From: Candidatus Spechtbacterales bacterium
GTDB lineage: Bacteria > Patescibacteriota > Minisyncoccia > Spechtbacterales > 2-12-FULL-38-22
NCBI GenBank assembly: GCA_033721415.1
Contig: JAWWAH010000003.1
Span: 1-35,994, forward strand
Length of the DNA stretch: 35,994 bases
Direction: 5' to 3'
Shown: positions 10,084 through 19,304 of the stretch, one piece after another
Position numbering within the stretch: position 1 is the stretch's first letter
How the letters are laid out: every line of letters starts with the position of its first letter
Position numbers and translations under genes: made by a program
The notes under the pieces: generated by a model
What the model was told of the DNA's origin: nothing
Database searches by the model: none
Seen by the model: only the letters and a program-made list of their open reading frames with translations

Positions 10084-11514
10084 TTTAGTGTTTTTCTTTT
10101 TTTTACCCCCTTTTTTCTTTTTAGATTTAGGACGTGTTAATCCCGCACCCTTAACTCTTTTTGAGGGGATTATTTTATATTCGAATACTAAACCATCATC
10201 TTCTTCAAAAAAACCTTCTAGTTTTTCTGTTTTAGTAAAACCAGCACGCTTGTAGGTGTTTTGTCTTTTTTTATTACTTGCGGGTAATACAGCATTTATT
10301 TTTTCATCACCCTCTTTTATAGATATTGATATTAAAGCTCTTAACATTCTTCTTCCCATTCTTTGTCCTCTATATTTAGGAGTTATTCCCCAGCGAGTAA
10401 CCCGACGAGTATTCTCTTTTTTATAATGGGTTAAATATGCGATAGGCTTCTTTTCTTTTCTTATAACTATTAAATCACGCTCTTTCAAGGTTTTTTTAAA
10501 CCCTTTTTCAGTTAAAGGTTTTTCTAGGTTTTCTTTTTCTATTTTATAAAGATCTTTAAAAATTGCTTTTTTCTCTTTTTTATTAAATTCAACCTCTAGA
10601 CTCCATAAATATTTCTTTTCTATATGGGAAACTAATTGTTCTGCAACATTTATTTTTGTTGCAGATTCAAAACCCTCAAATCCAGGAAATATATTTACCT
10701 CTAAAATATAAAATTTTCCTTTATATTTAATTAGATCAACCCCACAAAACTCAGCTCCAAAAACCTTAGCAGCTTTTTTTGCTATATCCTTCATTTCTTT
10801 TGAAGGCTCTATTTTATCTGCTGTACCACCACGAGAAACATTTGTACGGAAGTCATCGTCAGCAGAAGTTCTTTTCATTCCTCCAATTACTTTATTGCCT
10901 AAAACAAGTATTCTATAATCGTGTTTTATAGGTATATAACGTTGAACTAAAAGTTTACCCAGCCCAAAACTTTTAACAAGGTCAGGTATTTCTTCTTTAT
11001 CTTTGATTAAAAACACTTGTTTTCCTGCTAAACCCTCTATACTTTTAACTATATATGGTTTTTTAAATTTATCATATACAGAGCTTGGAGTTTGTTTACC
11101 TGTGTATAATCTAGACGTTACTACAGGTAAACCCTCATTACTTAACAAATAGTATTGAAACAATTTATCGTAAACTGGTAGCTTCTGTATTGTTTTTTCG
11201 TTTAAGGCGTGTTTATGGTGTTGGTTAATATATCTAACTACTAAGTAGTAGTGTCTATACAAGCGGCTTAGACGCCCCTCAGTGTCTGTTTTAGAGCTTT
11301 TAATAGGTGATTTAGGTATCACATAGTCATAGTATTTTAAATCTGTCCCATTTATTCTTTGAATACTAACTCCCTTCTTTGTGGAAAAAGCAAAAACAAG
11401 AGCTCTCCAAGACATATAATTTACTGTATGTCCTCTTTTTTTCAACTCTTTTACAAGCTTTTTTACTGTATATGATTTAGTTTTCCTATTAAACCCTAGT
11501 AATAGTATTTTCAT
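10063..11514 (-). CDS. RimK-family ATP-grasp ligase fused to a GNAT domain, with Lys-rich tail
   Basis: DKLFQY, PYIVKS..G.AGKQV, QRYI..DYRILV, DFRTNVSRGG, GVDLI..YILEVNIFPGFEG; C-terminal ITPKYRGQRMGRRML acetyl-CoA motif and YKRAGF. Confidence 0.88.
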   Translation of the reverse strand: MKILLLGFNRKTKSYTVKKLVKELKKRGHTVNYMSWRALVFAFSTKKGVSIQRINGTDLKYYDYVIPKSPIKSSKTDTEGRLSRLYRHYYLVVRYINQHHKHALNEKTIQKLPVYDKLFQYYLLSNEGLPVVTSRLYTGKQTPSSVYDKFKKPYIVKSIEGLAGKQVFLIKDKEEIPDLVKSFGLGKLLVQRYIPIKHDYRILVLGNKVIGGMKRTSADDDFRTNVSRGGTADKIEPSKEMKDIAKKAAKVFGAEFCGVDLIKYKGKFYILEVNIFPGFEGFESATKINVAEQLVSHIEKKYLWSLEVEFNKKEKKAIFKDLYKIEKENLEKPLTEKGFKKTLKERDLIVIRKEKKPIAYLTHYKKENTRRVTRWGITPKYRGQRMGRRMLRALISISIKEGDEKINAVLPASNKKRQNTYKRAGFTKTEKLEGFFEEDDGLVFEYKIIPSKRVKGAGLTRPKSKKKKGGKKKKNTKKKKAEK

Positions 11515-11526
11515 TTATATATATAA

Positions 11527-12201
11527 CTATTTAATATGTTGATGTTGGTATATTTCTTTATTTTTTATATTTACAGAAGATAAATTCTTTTTATATTTTT
11601 CCACTATCAGGCTTATTACCTCTGCAACAGCATAAAAGTTTTCATCACTATCCTTTAAAGCCTTGTTTATTTCTAGTTGAACAGCAGGTATTCCTAGTTT
11701 TTTTCTAACGTGATAAGTTAAGGTTTTTGTTCCGGGTCCATTTATTTTTCTAAAAAAACCGTTACTTATAGAGTGTTTCGGGAAATATTTATGTAAACTT
11801 TTAATTAAGACCTCTTCTAGATAGTCGTCTTGTTGGTGATTTTCTGGGTAAATAAAATCATAATCTATAAGAAAAGGTCTGGTTTTTCTTGCTCCATGAA
11901 TATCGATAAATAAACATATATTCTTAGATTTAATGATTTCATTAACAGTTTTTCTATAAGTATAATAAACACCCCCTTTATTTCGCCAGTTTTTTATAGC
12001 TTTTTCTGACTTAGTTGTTATTCCCCAAGAATTTGTGTTTAAACAAACCTCTTTAACCAATTCATCTGCTCGAGCCTCTCTTCGTCGTATATAAGTCCTT
12101 TCTTTAGTTCGCTTTTTAATTGGAACTGCATGTGGAGCAGAAATCAAAATAGGGGAGTGTCCCTCTGTTATATGTATTTTTTTGTGATTGTTTATAGACA
12201 T
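11527..12201 (-). CDS. N-formylglutamate amidohydrolase / poly-gamma-glutamate hydrolase-like Zn hydrolase
   Basis: PILISAPH...E, FIDIHG, AVQLEI motifs of the M14-like FGase clan. Confidence 0.65.
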   Translation of the reverse strand: MSINNHKKIHITEGHSPILISAPHAVPIKKRTKERTYIRRREARADELVKEVCLNTNSWGITTKSEKAIKNWRNKGGVYYTYRKTVNEIIKSKNICLFIDIHGARKTRPFLIDYDFIYPENHQQDDYLEEVLIKSLHKYFPKHSISNGFFRKINGPGTKTLTYHVRKKLGIPAVQLEINKALKDSDENFYAVAEVISLIVEKYKKNLSSVNIKNKEIYQHQHIK

Positions 12202-12216
12202 AAGTCTAAAATAATA

Positions 12217-12303
12217 CCGGATAGTTATAAATTCACGATTTACACATGAACTTTGCTATCCGGATATATACTAAACTATACCCTATATAATTAAGATTTA
12301 CAA
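12217..12303 (-). promoter_or_regulatory. Sigma70 promoter plus 5' leader hairpin of the hydrolase-rimK operon
   Basis: Minus strand TTGTAA-17bp-TATAGT (12303-12275), then hairpin ccggatag..aagttcatg/cgtgaattt..ctatccgg (12263-12217) with G-U pairs on the minus strand. Confidence 0.6.
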
Positions 12304-12320
12304 GGGTATTTTTTATCAAC

Positions 12321-12830
12321 CTAAGACTTATATGCTTCTAAAACATCTAAAGATGAAGCACAACAGAGGGCAACAGCTAAAGCATCTGCGGCATCATCAG
12401 GCCTAGGTATTTTTTTTAAATTCAACAGTTTTTGGGTCATAATTTGAACTTGTTTTTTATCTGCTCGTCCATATCCTGCGACAGCCTGCTTTACTTGTAG
12501 AGGAGTAAAAGAGTGACAAGGTTTTTTTGTTTGAGCGGCCACTAAAAGAGCTACACCTCTAGCTTGGCTAACCTCAACCAATGTTTTTTGATTTTTAAAA
12601 TAAAAAATATCCTCTACACCAAAAGCATCAGGACTATATTTTTCGATCAAAGTATTTAATTGTTCGTATATACTTTCTAAGCGTTTGTGTTTTTCATTTC
12701 CTGCAGAGGTCTCTATTACACCATAGTCAAGGCATTCAATCGAAGGTTTTTCATATTTTAAAACACCATAACCCATACGAGCTGTTCCAGGATCAATCCC
12801 AAATATTATACGCGATATTTTTTCCTGCAT
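12321..12830 (-). CDS. ruvC: Holliday junction resolvase RuvC
   Basis: GIDPG, VEDIF, QARGV, GYGRADKKQV, PDDAADALAVA. Confidence 0.97.
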   Translation of the reverse strand: MQEKISRIIFGIDPGTARMGYGVLKYEKPSIECLDYGVIETSAGNEKHKRLESIYEQLNTLIEKYSPDAFGVEDIFYFKNQKTLVEVSQARGVALLVAAQTKKPCHSFTPLQVKQAVAGYGRADKKQVQIMTQKLLNLKKIPRPDDAADALAVALCCASSLDVLEAYKS

Positions 12831-12833
12831 AGA

Positions 12834-13391
12834 TTATTTTTTCATGTTTGAGTAAATACTTTGCACGTCGTCATGCTCATCAAGGGCTTCATATAACCTT
12901 TCTAATCCCTTCTTATCTTTACTAGATACTTCAATTTTTGTTTTTGCTTCCCACCCTATAGATCCCTTCTCTTTTTCAATTTTTTCGAACATCCATTTAG
13001 CACTACCTTCTCCAGATAACTTTGCCTCATATTGGCCCAACAGATGACGCAATTCGGCAGTTGTTCGATTTCGGTTATCAGTTATAACAGAAATTAAAAT
13101 AGCAACTCCCCCAGGACCATAAGCCTCCATTATAAGTTCTTCTAGTTTTATGTCTTCTTGAAGCTCTCCTGTTCCCTTTTTTATAGCTGTTTCTATTTTA
13201 TCTTTCGGCATATTGGCATCTTTCGCTTTGTTTATTAAGGTTCTTAATTCGTGGTTTGTGTCTGGGTCTCCTCCTCTTTGTTGAGCAGATACTGTAATTG
13301 CTTTTGTTAGTTTACCAAAAACAGCAGCCCTTTTTTTATCGGCCGCTTCTTTTTTATGTTTTATATTTGACCACTTCGAATGTCCTGCCAT
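12834..13391 (-). CDS. yebC: YebC/PmpR family protein (shortened)
   Basis: MAGHSKWSNIKHKK, EAYGPGG, TDNRNRT, DDVQSIYSN. Confidence 0.96.
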   Translation of the reverse strand: MAGHSKWSNIKHKKEAADKKRAAVFGKLTKAITVSAQQRGGDPDTNHELRTLINKAKDANMPKDKIETAIKKGTGELQEDIKLEELIMEAYGPGGVAILISVITDNRNRTTAELRHLLGQYEAKLSGEGSAKWMFEKIEKEKGSIGWEAKTKIEVSSKDKKGLERLYEALDEHDDVQSIYSNMKK

Positions 13392-13396
13392 GGTTA

Positions 13397-14404
13397 TTAT
13401 ATTAATCTATTGTTGCGAGGAACTTCAAGGCCTAAGTGTTCGTAAGCCGCTGGTGTTGCCATTCTTCCACGAGGAGTTCTTTCTATGAAACCTATCTGCA
13501 TAAGGTATGGTTCATAGACCTCTTCTATAGTATCTGCTTCCTCGAAAGCACCAGCTGCTAGTGTTTGGACACCAACAGGCCCACCATTAAATTTATTGAT
13601 TATTATTTCTAATATTTTCTTATCAGTAGGCTCTAACCCCATATGATCAACTTCCAACATTTCTAAACCTTCATTTGCTGCTTTTTCTGTTATTTTTCCT
13701 TTATGTTTTACTTCTGCATAATCTCTAACCCTTTTAAGTAGGCGATTAGCAACTCTTGGGGTTTTCCTGCTACGCTTTGCTACTTCCTCTAAGGCGGCAG
13801 AATCTATTTTTGTGCCAAGTATATCAGATGAGCGCTCAAGTATTTGTTTTAGTTCGTTATTTTCATAAAAATTAAGACGAGCAGTTATACCAAAACGAGA
13901 TCTTAGGGGAGCAGAGATAAGCCCTGCTCTAGTTGTGGCGGATATTAAAGTAAAAGGAGGTAGCTCCAGTTGAATTGTCCTTGCCGAGGGCCCTTTTCCT
14001 AATATTATATCTAAAGTGCTTTGTTCCATTGCAGGGTAGAGAACTTCTTCGATATTTTTATTTAATCTATGAACCTCATCTATAAATAAAACATCATAAG
14101 GAGAAAGATTTGTTAATATTGATGCTATATCGCCAACTTTTTCTATTGCGGGTCCCGAGGTTATCTTAATATTAACACCAAGCTCTTTTGCTATAAGATG
14201 AGCTAATGTAGTTTTCCCTAGTCCAGGAGGCCCGTATAATAGCGTATGATCAAGAGCTTCATTTCTTTTTTTTGTAGCATCAATAAAGATACGAAGTTTT
14301 TCTTTCGCTTTTTCTTGACCTACGTATTCTTCCCAAACAGCGGGCCGCAAAGTAGAGTCTAATAACCTGTCTTCACTTTTTTGTTTTCCAGATGTTTTAT
14401 TCAT
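13397..14404 (-). CDS. ruvB: Holliday junction helicase RuvB
   Basis: [46 protein letters not shown]. Confidence 0.99.
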   Translation of the reverse strand: MNKTSGKQKSEDRLLDSTLRPAVWEEYVGQEKAKEKLRIFIDATKKRNEALDHTLLYGPPGLGKTTLAHLIAKELGVNIKITSGPAIEKVGDIASILTNLSPYDVLFIDEVHRLNKNIEEVLYPAMEQSTLDIILGKGPSARTIQLELPPFTLISATTRAGLISAPLRSRFGITARLNFYENNELKQILERSSDILGTKIDSAALEEVAKRSRKTPRVANRLLKRVRDYAEVKHKGKITEKAANEGLEMLEVDHMGLEPTDKKILEIIINKFNGGPVGVQTLAAGAFEEADTIEEVYEPYLMQIGFIERTPRGRMATPAAYEHLGLEVPRNNRLI

Positions 14405-14458
14405 CTATTATTCAGAACAAAATGTTAATTTATAAATATAAAAAGCCACAAATAACAC

Positions 14459-14487
14459 TTGACAAAATCTATATAGTTTGCTAATAT
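14459..14487 (+). promoter_or_regulatory. Sigma70 promoter facing a non-coding rod
   Basis: TTGACA-17bp-TAATAT with extended TGn; both flanking genes are on the minus strand. Confidence 0.7.
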
Positions 14488-14545
14488 ATGTTCCTACAAG
14501 AGGGAAATAGATAATTCGTACTTTTTATAACCCTATTGTAACACA

Positions 14546-14718
14546 AAAAACGCCTTTAGAATGTAGGTGTGCACAGCCCTCTGTTTTTAAATAGAGGGTT
14601 TGGAATATTTTTTAGCTAATGGGTTATTCGGCTTTTGCGGAATAATTCCTCAAGAATATTCTGCTTTTAGGTTCCCAAGCCAAGGTTTTGTGCATACCTA
14701 CACTCCAAGGGCGTTTTT
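14546..14718 (+). ncRNA. 6S-like rod-shaped ncRNA (~173 nt)
   Basis: Terminal helix aaaaacgccttt..tgtaggtgtgcaca / tgtgcatacctaca..aagggcgttttt, central bubble with side hairpin, apical stem gaatattttt/aagaatattc. Most G-U wobbles and the upstream promoter favour the + strand. 6S identity rests on size and shape only. Confidence 0.55.
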
Positions 14719-14724
14719 ATATTA

Positions 14725-16383
14725 TTATTCAGATAAAGGTCCTAAAATACGCTCAACCTCTTCTATAGAGGTAATCCCATTTAGTATTTTTAAGGCAGCA
14801 TCTTGAGTTATAGTAGTCATTCCTTGTGATATAGCAAAGTCTCTAAGTTCTCCATCTGTTGGATTCTCTGATATTTTATTTTTAATTTCTTTTGTTGCGG
14901 TTAGTATTTCAAAAACACCTACCCTACCCTTGTATCCTGTTCCTCTACATTCACTACAACCCTCAGGGTTGTTTTTATATATCTTTGTTTGGTTATCTGA
15001 TAATTCTGGTTGTATTTCTTGAGGTAAGGCTCTTACTAGGGGAGATAATTTTGAATATTCTTTATTCGATATTGTTTTTTCTACTTTACAAGCATCGCAA
15101 AGTTTTCTTACAAGTCTTTGTGCTATAGATGCTGTTAGGGCCGAAGCTGTAGTTGCAGGATCTATACCTAAATCTGTTAAACGAGGCGCTGTTCCTGCAG
15201 CATCCATGGTGTGCAAAGTTGTTAAAACTTTTCTTCCAGCAAGAGCACCCTGTAGAGCAACTTCTGCTGATTCTCTTTCTCGAAGCTCTCCTATAAGCAC
15301 TATGTCGGGGTCTTGTCGTAGAATTGCTTTTAATCCAGCAGAAAACGTATAACCCTCATCTTCGTTAACTTGTGTTTGGGTGGTTCCTTTCACATGGTAT
15401 TCTATAGGGTCTTCAATGGTTATTATTTTTACTCGAGGCGTGTTAAGGTGTAGAATTCCCGCGTACAAAGTTGTTGTTTTACCCGAGCCAGTTGGTCCAG
15501 TTACAAAAAGTATACCATCAGGCTTTGTTAATTGTTTTTTAAAGGTTGCAAGCAAATCATCTCTTATACCAAGATCAGAAAGAGATAATAAGAATTTTGG
15601 ATCCAATATTCTTAAAGCAATATCTTCCTTATACTCACTTGGAAGCAGTGATGCTCTTATTTCAACAACTCGACCCTCAAACATAACAGAAAACCTACCT
15701 TCTTGAGGCTGGTCATGTATGTTTAGTTTTAGTTTTGATAGCAGTTTAATACGAGAAAGGACTAATTTATACAACCTATCATCTAATTGAGCTGTTTCAT
15801 ACAACAACCCATCCAACTTAAGGCGCACAATAGCACCTTCTTTTCGTGGTTCTATGTGTATATCTGTAGCTTCCATTGAAAGAGCTGAACTTAATATAAG
15901 TTCAAAAACATGAGAAGCATTCTGATCTGATATTTCATTTAAGACACCCTGAAAACTATCTACAGTAGTTATTTCTCCCTTGAAGCGCTCAAGAATATTT
16001 TCAGAGACCTGAACCGATCCAGTTATATCCTTCTTTTTTGTTTTTGGGGATGTGTGAGATTCCCAAGCCTCTTTTATTCCAGTTTCTGAACCAATAAAAA
16101 CATCAACTCTGTCGTATTTATCACGTAGGTTGTTTAGAATATTCTTTGTGGTTGGGTCGTTTGGGTTAGAGATTGCTATTTGCACCACTCCTTTCTGCTC
16201 TTTTATTACAATAACTTTATTTTGCGCAACATCTTCAGACAAAACAGAAAAAGCATCCCTATCGATTGGGGTTTGAGATAGATCTACATAAGGTAGCTCA
16301 TATACGCTAGCCTTTTCCCTTGTTAGGGACTCTTCTTGCCTTCTTTTTATAGAGTCAGCTTGTGAAGACCCAGAATTGGTCAT
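14725..16383 (-). CDS. GspE/PilB type IV pilus assembly ATPase
   Basis: TDIHIEP, GPTGSGKTTTLY, TIEDPIEY, LRQDPDIVLIGELR, CxxC..CxxC Zn motif, GYKGRVGVFE. Confidence 0.95.
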   Translation of the reverse strand: MTNSGSSQADSIKRRQEESLTREKASVYELPYVDLSQTPIDRDAFSVLSEDVAQNKVIVIKEQKGVVQIAISNPNDPTTKNILNNLRDKYDRVDVFIGSETGIKEAWESHTSPKTKKKDITGSVQVSENILERFKGEITTVDSFQGVLNEISDQNASHVFELILSSALSMEATDIHIEPRKEGAIVRLKLDGLLYETAQLDDRLYKLVLSRIKLLSKLKLNIHDQPQEGRFSVMFEGRVVEIRASLLPSEYKEDIALRILDPKFLLSLSDLGIRDDLLATFKKQLTKPDGILFVTGPTGSGKTTTLYAGILHLNTPRVKIITIEDPIEYHVKGTTQTQVNEDEGYTFSAGLKAILRQDPDIVLIGELRERESAEVALQGALAGRKVLTTLHTMDAAGTAPRLTDLGIDPATTASALTASIAQRLVRKLCDACKVEKTISNKEYSKLSPLVRALPQEIQPELSDNQTKIYKNNPEGCSECRGTGYKGRVGVFEILTATKEIKNKISENPTDGELRDFAISQGMTTITQDAALKILNGITSIEEVERILGPLSE

Positions 16384-16643
16384 AAGGTTTACTGTGGTCG
16401 TTAGTTGTTATTATACTATCCTATTTTTTACTTTAAAACAATCTTGCTTTATGTGTAAAAAATGTTGTCTAATGTAAAATTGGGGTGTATGTTTGTTAAT
16501 TTTAATAAAATAAAAACTATTTTTAGTTGATTTATTAACACGCAACTCTTAGAATAATATATAATAGTAAAAGTTTGGCAACTGTATTTATATTAATAAA
16601 GTCTTTAGTATAAATCTTAAAATACAACAATAATCAAGCAAAA

Positions 16644-17111
16644 ATGAAAAAAGAATTTTTTTCAAAATCTCCAGAAGATACAAAAGAAATAGCAAAAAAA
16701 ATAATAGAAAAAATTCCTAATACTAAAAAAGCTAAAATTCTTGCACTAACAGGTGATCTGGGCGCTGGAAAAACCAACTTTACTCAAGGGGTAGGGGAGT
16801 TTCTAGGTGTTAAAAGAACAATCACAAGCCCCACCTTTGTTTTAATGAAAAAATATAAAGTAGACCAAGAGGATCAAAAATATAGTAATTTTTTTCACCT
16901 AGACTGTTATAGAATACACTCCAAAGAAGAACTTTTAGATTTAGGGTGGAGTGAAATGATTACAAAACATGAAAACTTAATACTTTTAGAATGGGGAGAA
17001 AGAGTAAAAGATATTCTACCCGAAGACACAGTATGGGTTATAATAGATACAAAAGGAAAGAACAAAAGAAAAATAACAGTTATCCTTAAAGAAGATGAAC
17101 CAAAAAAATAA
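16644..17111 (+). CDS. tsaE: tRNA threonylcarbamoyladenosine biosynthesis ATPase TsaE
   Basis: GDLGAGKT, SPTF, HLDCYR, LLEW. Confidence 0.96.
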   Translation: MKKEFFSKSPEDTKEIAKKIIEKIPNTKKAKILALTGDLGAGKTNFTQGVGEFLGVKRTITSPTFVLMKKYKVDQEDQKYSNFFHLDCYRIHSKEELLDLGWSEMITKHENLILLEWGERVKDILPEDTVWVIIDTKGKNKRKITVILKEDEPKK

Positions 17112-19302
17112 AAGACCGCTACTTATAGTAATAGATTCTAACTCTTTGTTTCACAGGGCATACCATGCTCTTCCTAGGTTTAAAACAAAAAAAGGAGAAC
17201 TGGTGAATGCCGTTTATGGATTTTCACTTGTTTTAATGAAAGCACTTAAGGAGCATAAGCCAAAATATATAGCTGCGACATTTGATGTTGCGGGACCAAC
17301 TTTTAGAAGTGAAGAATACGAGGAATATAAGGCTGGCAGAGAGAAAGCTCCCGATGAGCTTTACGAACAGATCCCTCGCATAAAAGAGGTCTTGGCGGCG
17401 TTTAATATACCAGTGTATGAAAAAGAAGGCTTTGAGGCTGATGATGTAATAGCTACTGTTGCTGAGAAAATAAATCAAAACAAAAAAAACATAAACACCT
17501 TAATAGTTAGTGGAGATTTAGATACCTTGCAACTTGTAAATGATAATACAAGCGTATATACAATGAAAAGAAGTGTTAAAGACACCATTATATATGATGA
17601 AGAAGCTGTGGTAGATCGTTATAGCCTAGAACCAGAACAACTTAACGACTACAAAGGTCTTCGGGGAGATCCTTCAGATAATATACCTGGAGTCCCAGGT
17701 GTTGGCGAAAAAACAGCAACAACTCTTTTAAAAAAATACCCAACACTTGAAGATCTTTATGATGCGCTTGAACAAAACAAGGTAGAGGAGGTGACCGAGC
17801 GTATATGCAAAATATTAAAAGAAAACAAAGAGCAAGCATTTTTCTCACGCATGCTTGCAACTGTTAAGAAAGACGTTCCAATTGATTTTAAGTTGAGTGA
17901 TGCTGAATGGGGTGGTTTTGACCCCGAAGATGTGCGTAAACTTTTTAAAGAACTTAACTTTAATGCTCTTTTACAGCGCCTCTCTGATCTTGAAGGTTTT
18001 GATGAAGTTAAAGAAGAGGCTGAGGTTGAAAAACCGAGAAAAAAAGAGCTGTTAGATGAAGTAGAATCCGCACATGATGCAGGGTTGTTCTCGGATGAGA
18101 TATATAAACTAGAAAAAGAAATTGTACCAATTATTATCAAAATGGAAGACAAGGGTATAGGTTTTAATAAAGAAGCATTAAAAGATTTACAACAGAAGGT
18201 TCAAAAAAAACTCGATAAGGTGGAGAAAAAAATATACAAAGAAGCAGGAGAGGAATTTAATGTAAATTCACCACAACAACTTTCAGAGATATTGTTTGAA
18301 AAACTAGAAATAAGCTCTAATGGTCTAAAAAAGACTCCGGGCAAAAAAATATCTACAGCAGCAAGCGAGCTCGAAAAATTAAAAGGAAAGCACAGTATAA
18401 TAGACCTTATTCTTGAACAAAGAGAGCTTCAAAAACTTATTTCTACATATATAAACCCATTACCAGAGCTTGTTGCTGATGATGGAAGAATACACACAAC
18501 ATTTAATCCGCTAGGTACTGCAACAGGTAGAATGTCCAGCTCTGACCCTAATCTTCAAAATATCCCTATTCATAGTAGTTTCGCTTCGGATATAAGAAAT
18601 GCATTTATAGCTGATAAGGGTAAAAAGTTTTTGGCTTGTGATTATTCTCAAATGGAACTTAGACTAATAGCTCATCTTGCGAATGATAAAAACATGATAG
18701 AGGTGTTTGCTAACGATGAAGATATACACATAAGTACAGCAGCACTTGTATTTGGTGTCAAAAAAGAAGATGTAAGTTCAGATATGCGCTATAGAGCTAA
18801 GGCATTAAACTTTGGAATAATATATGGGATAGGTCCACGTGCTTTTTCTAGATCCGCGGATATAAGTTTTGAGGAGGCAAAAGATTTTATAAACAAATAC
18901 TTAGATGTATTTGAGGATGTGGCCATGTATATGGAAGAAATGAAAAACAAAGCCCACAAACAAGGTTATGCTGAAACAATGTTTGGTCGTAAACGTTTTT
19001 TGCCCGACTTAAGATCTCCAAATCCAATGTTGCGCTCTTATGCTGAAAGAGCTGCGATTAACCACCCCGTGCAGGGGACAGGGGCAGACATTGTGAAGAT
19101 GGCCATGGTTAAAACGGAGCAAGAACTAGAGGGTATAGACCTCCTATTGCAGATACATGATGAATTGTTGTGGGAGGGAAGTAGTGGTAAAATAAAGGAA
19201 GTGGCTCCAAAAGCAAAAAAACTACTAGAGGGCATAGTTAAACTATCTGTGCCCTTAAAGGTAGAGTACAATATTGGAGAATCTTGGGGTGAGCTTAAAT
19301 AA
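17095..19302 (+). CDS. polA: DNA polymerase I (5'-3' exonuclease + polymerase, no 3'-5' exonuclease domain)
   Basis: RAYHA, EADDVI, GDPSDNIPGVPGVGEKTA; TGRMSSSDPNLQNIP, DYSQMELR, AKALNFGIIYG, QIHDEL; only 735 aa. Confidence 0.97.
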   Translation: MNQKNKRPLLIVIDSNSLFHRAYHALPRFKTKKGELVNAVYGFSLVLMKALKEHKPKYIAATFDVAGPTFRSEEYEEYKAGREKAPDELYEQIPRIKEVLAAFNIPVYEKEGFEADDVIATVAEKINQNKKNINTLIVSGDLDTLQLVNDNTSVYTMKRSVKDTIIYDEEAVVDRYSLEPEQLNDYKGLRGDPSDNIPGVPGVGEKTATTLLKKYPTLEDLYDALEQNKVEEVTERICKILKENKEQAFFSRMLATVKKDVPIDFKLSDAEWGGFDPEDVRKLFKELNFNALLQRLSDLEGFDEVKEEAEVEKPRKKELLDEVESAHDAGLFSDEIYKLEKEIVPIIIKMEDKGIGFNKEALKDLQQKVQKKLDKVEKKIYKEAGEEFNVNSPQQLSEILFEKLEISSNGLKKTPGKKISTAASELEKLKGKHSIIDLILEQRELQKLISTYINPLPELVADDGRIHTTFNPLGTATGRMSSSDPNLQNIPIHSSFASDIRNAFIADKGKKFLACDYSQMELRLIAHLANDKNMIEVFANDEDIHISTAALVFGVKKEDVSSDMRYRAKALNFGIIYGIGPRAFSRSADISFEEAKDFINKYLDVFEDVAMYMEEMKNKAHKQGYAETMFGRKRFLPDLRSPNPMLRSYAERAAINHPVQGTGADIVKMAMVKTEQELEGIDLLLQIHDELLWEGSSGKIKEVAPKAKKLLEGIVKLSVPLKVEYNIGESWGELK

Positions 19303-19304
19303 AC

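Noticed and set aside
14600-14806. 68-aa ORF on + strand
   Set aside because: TTG start, overlaps the rod RNA and the 3' end of the PilB gene, no protein features.
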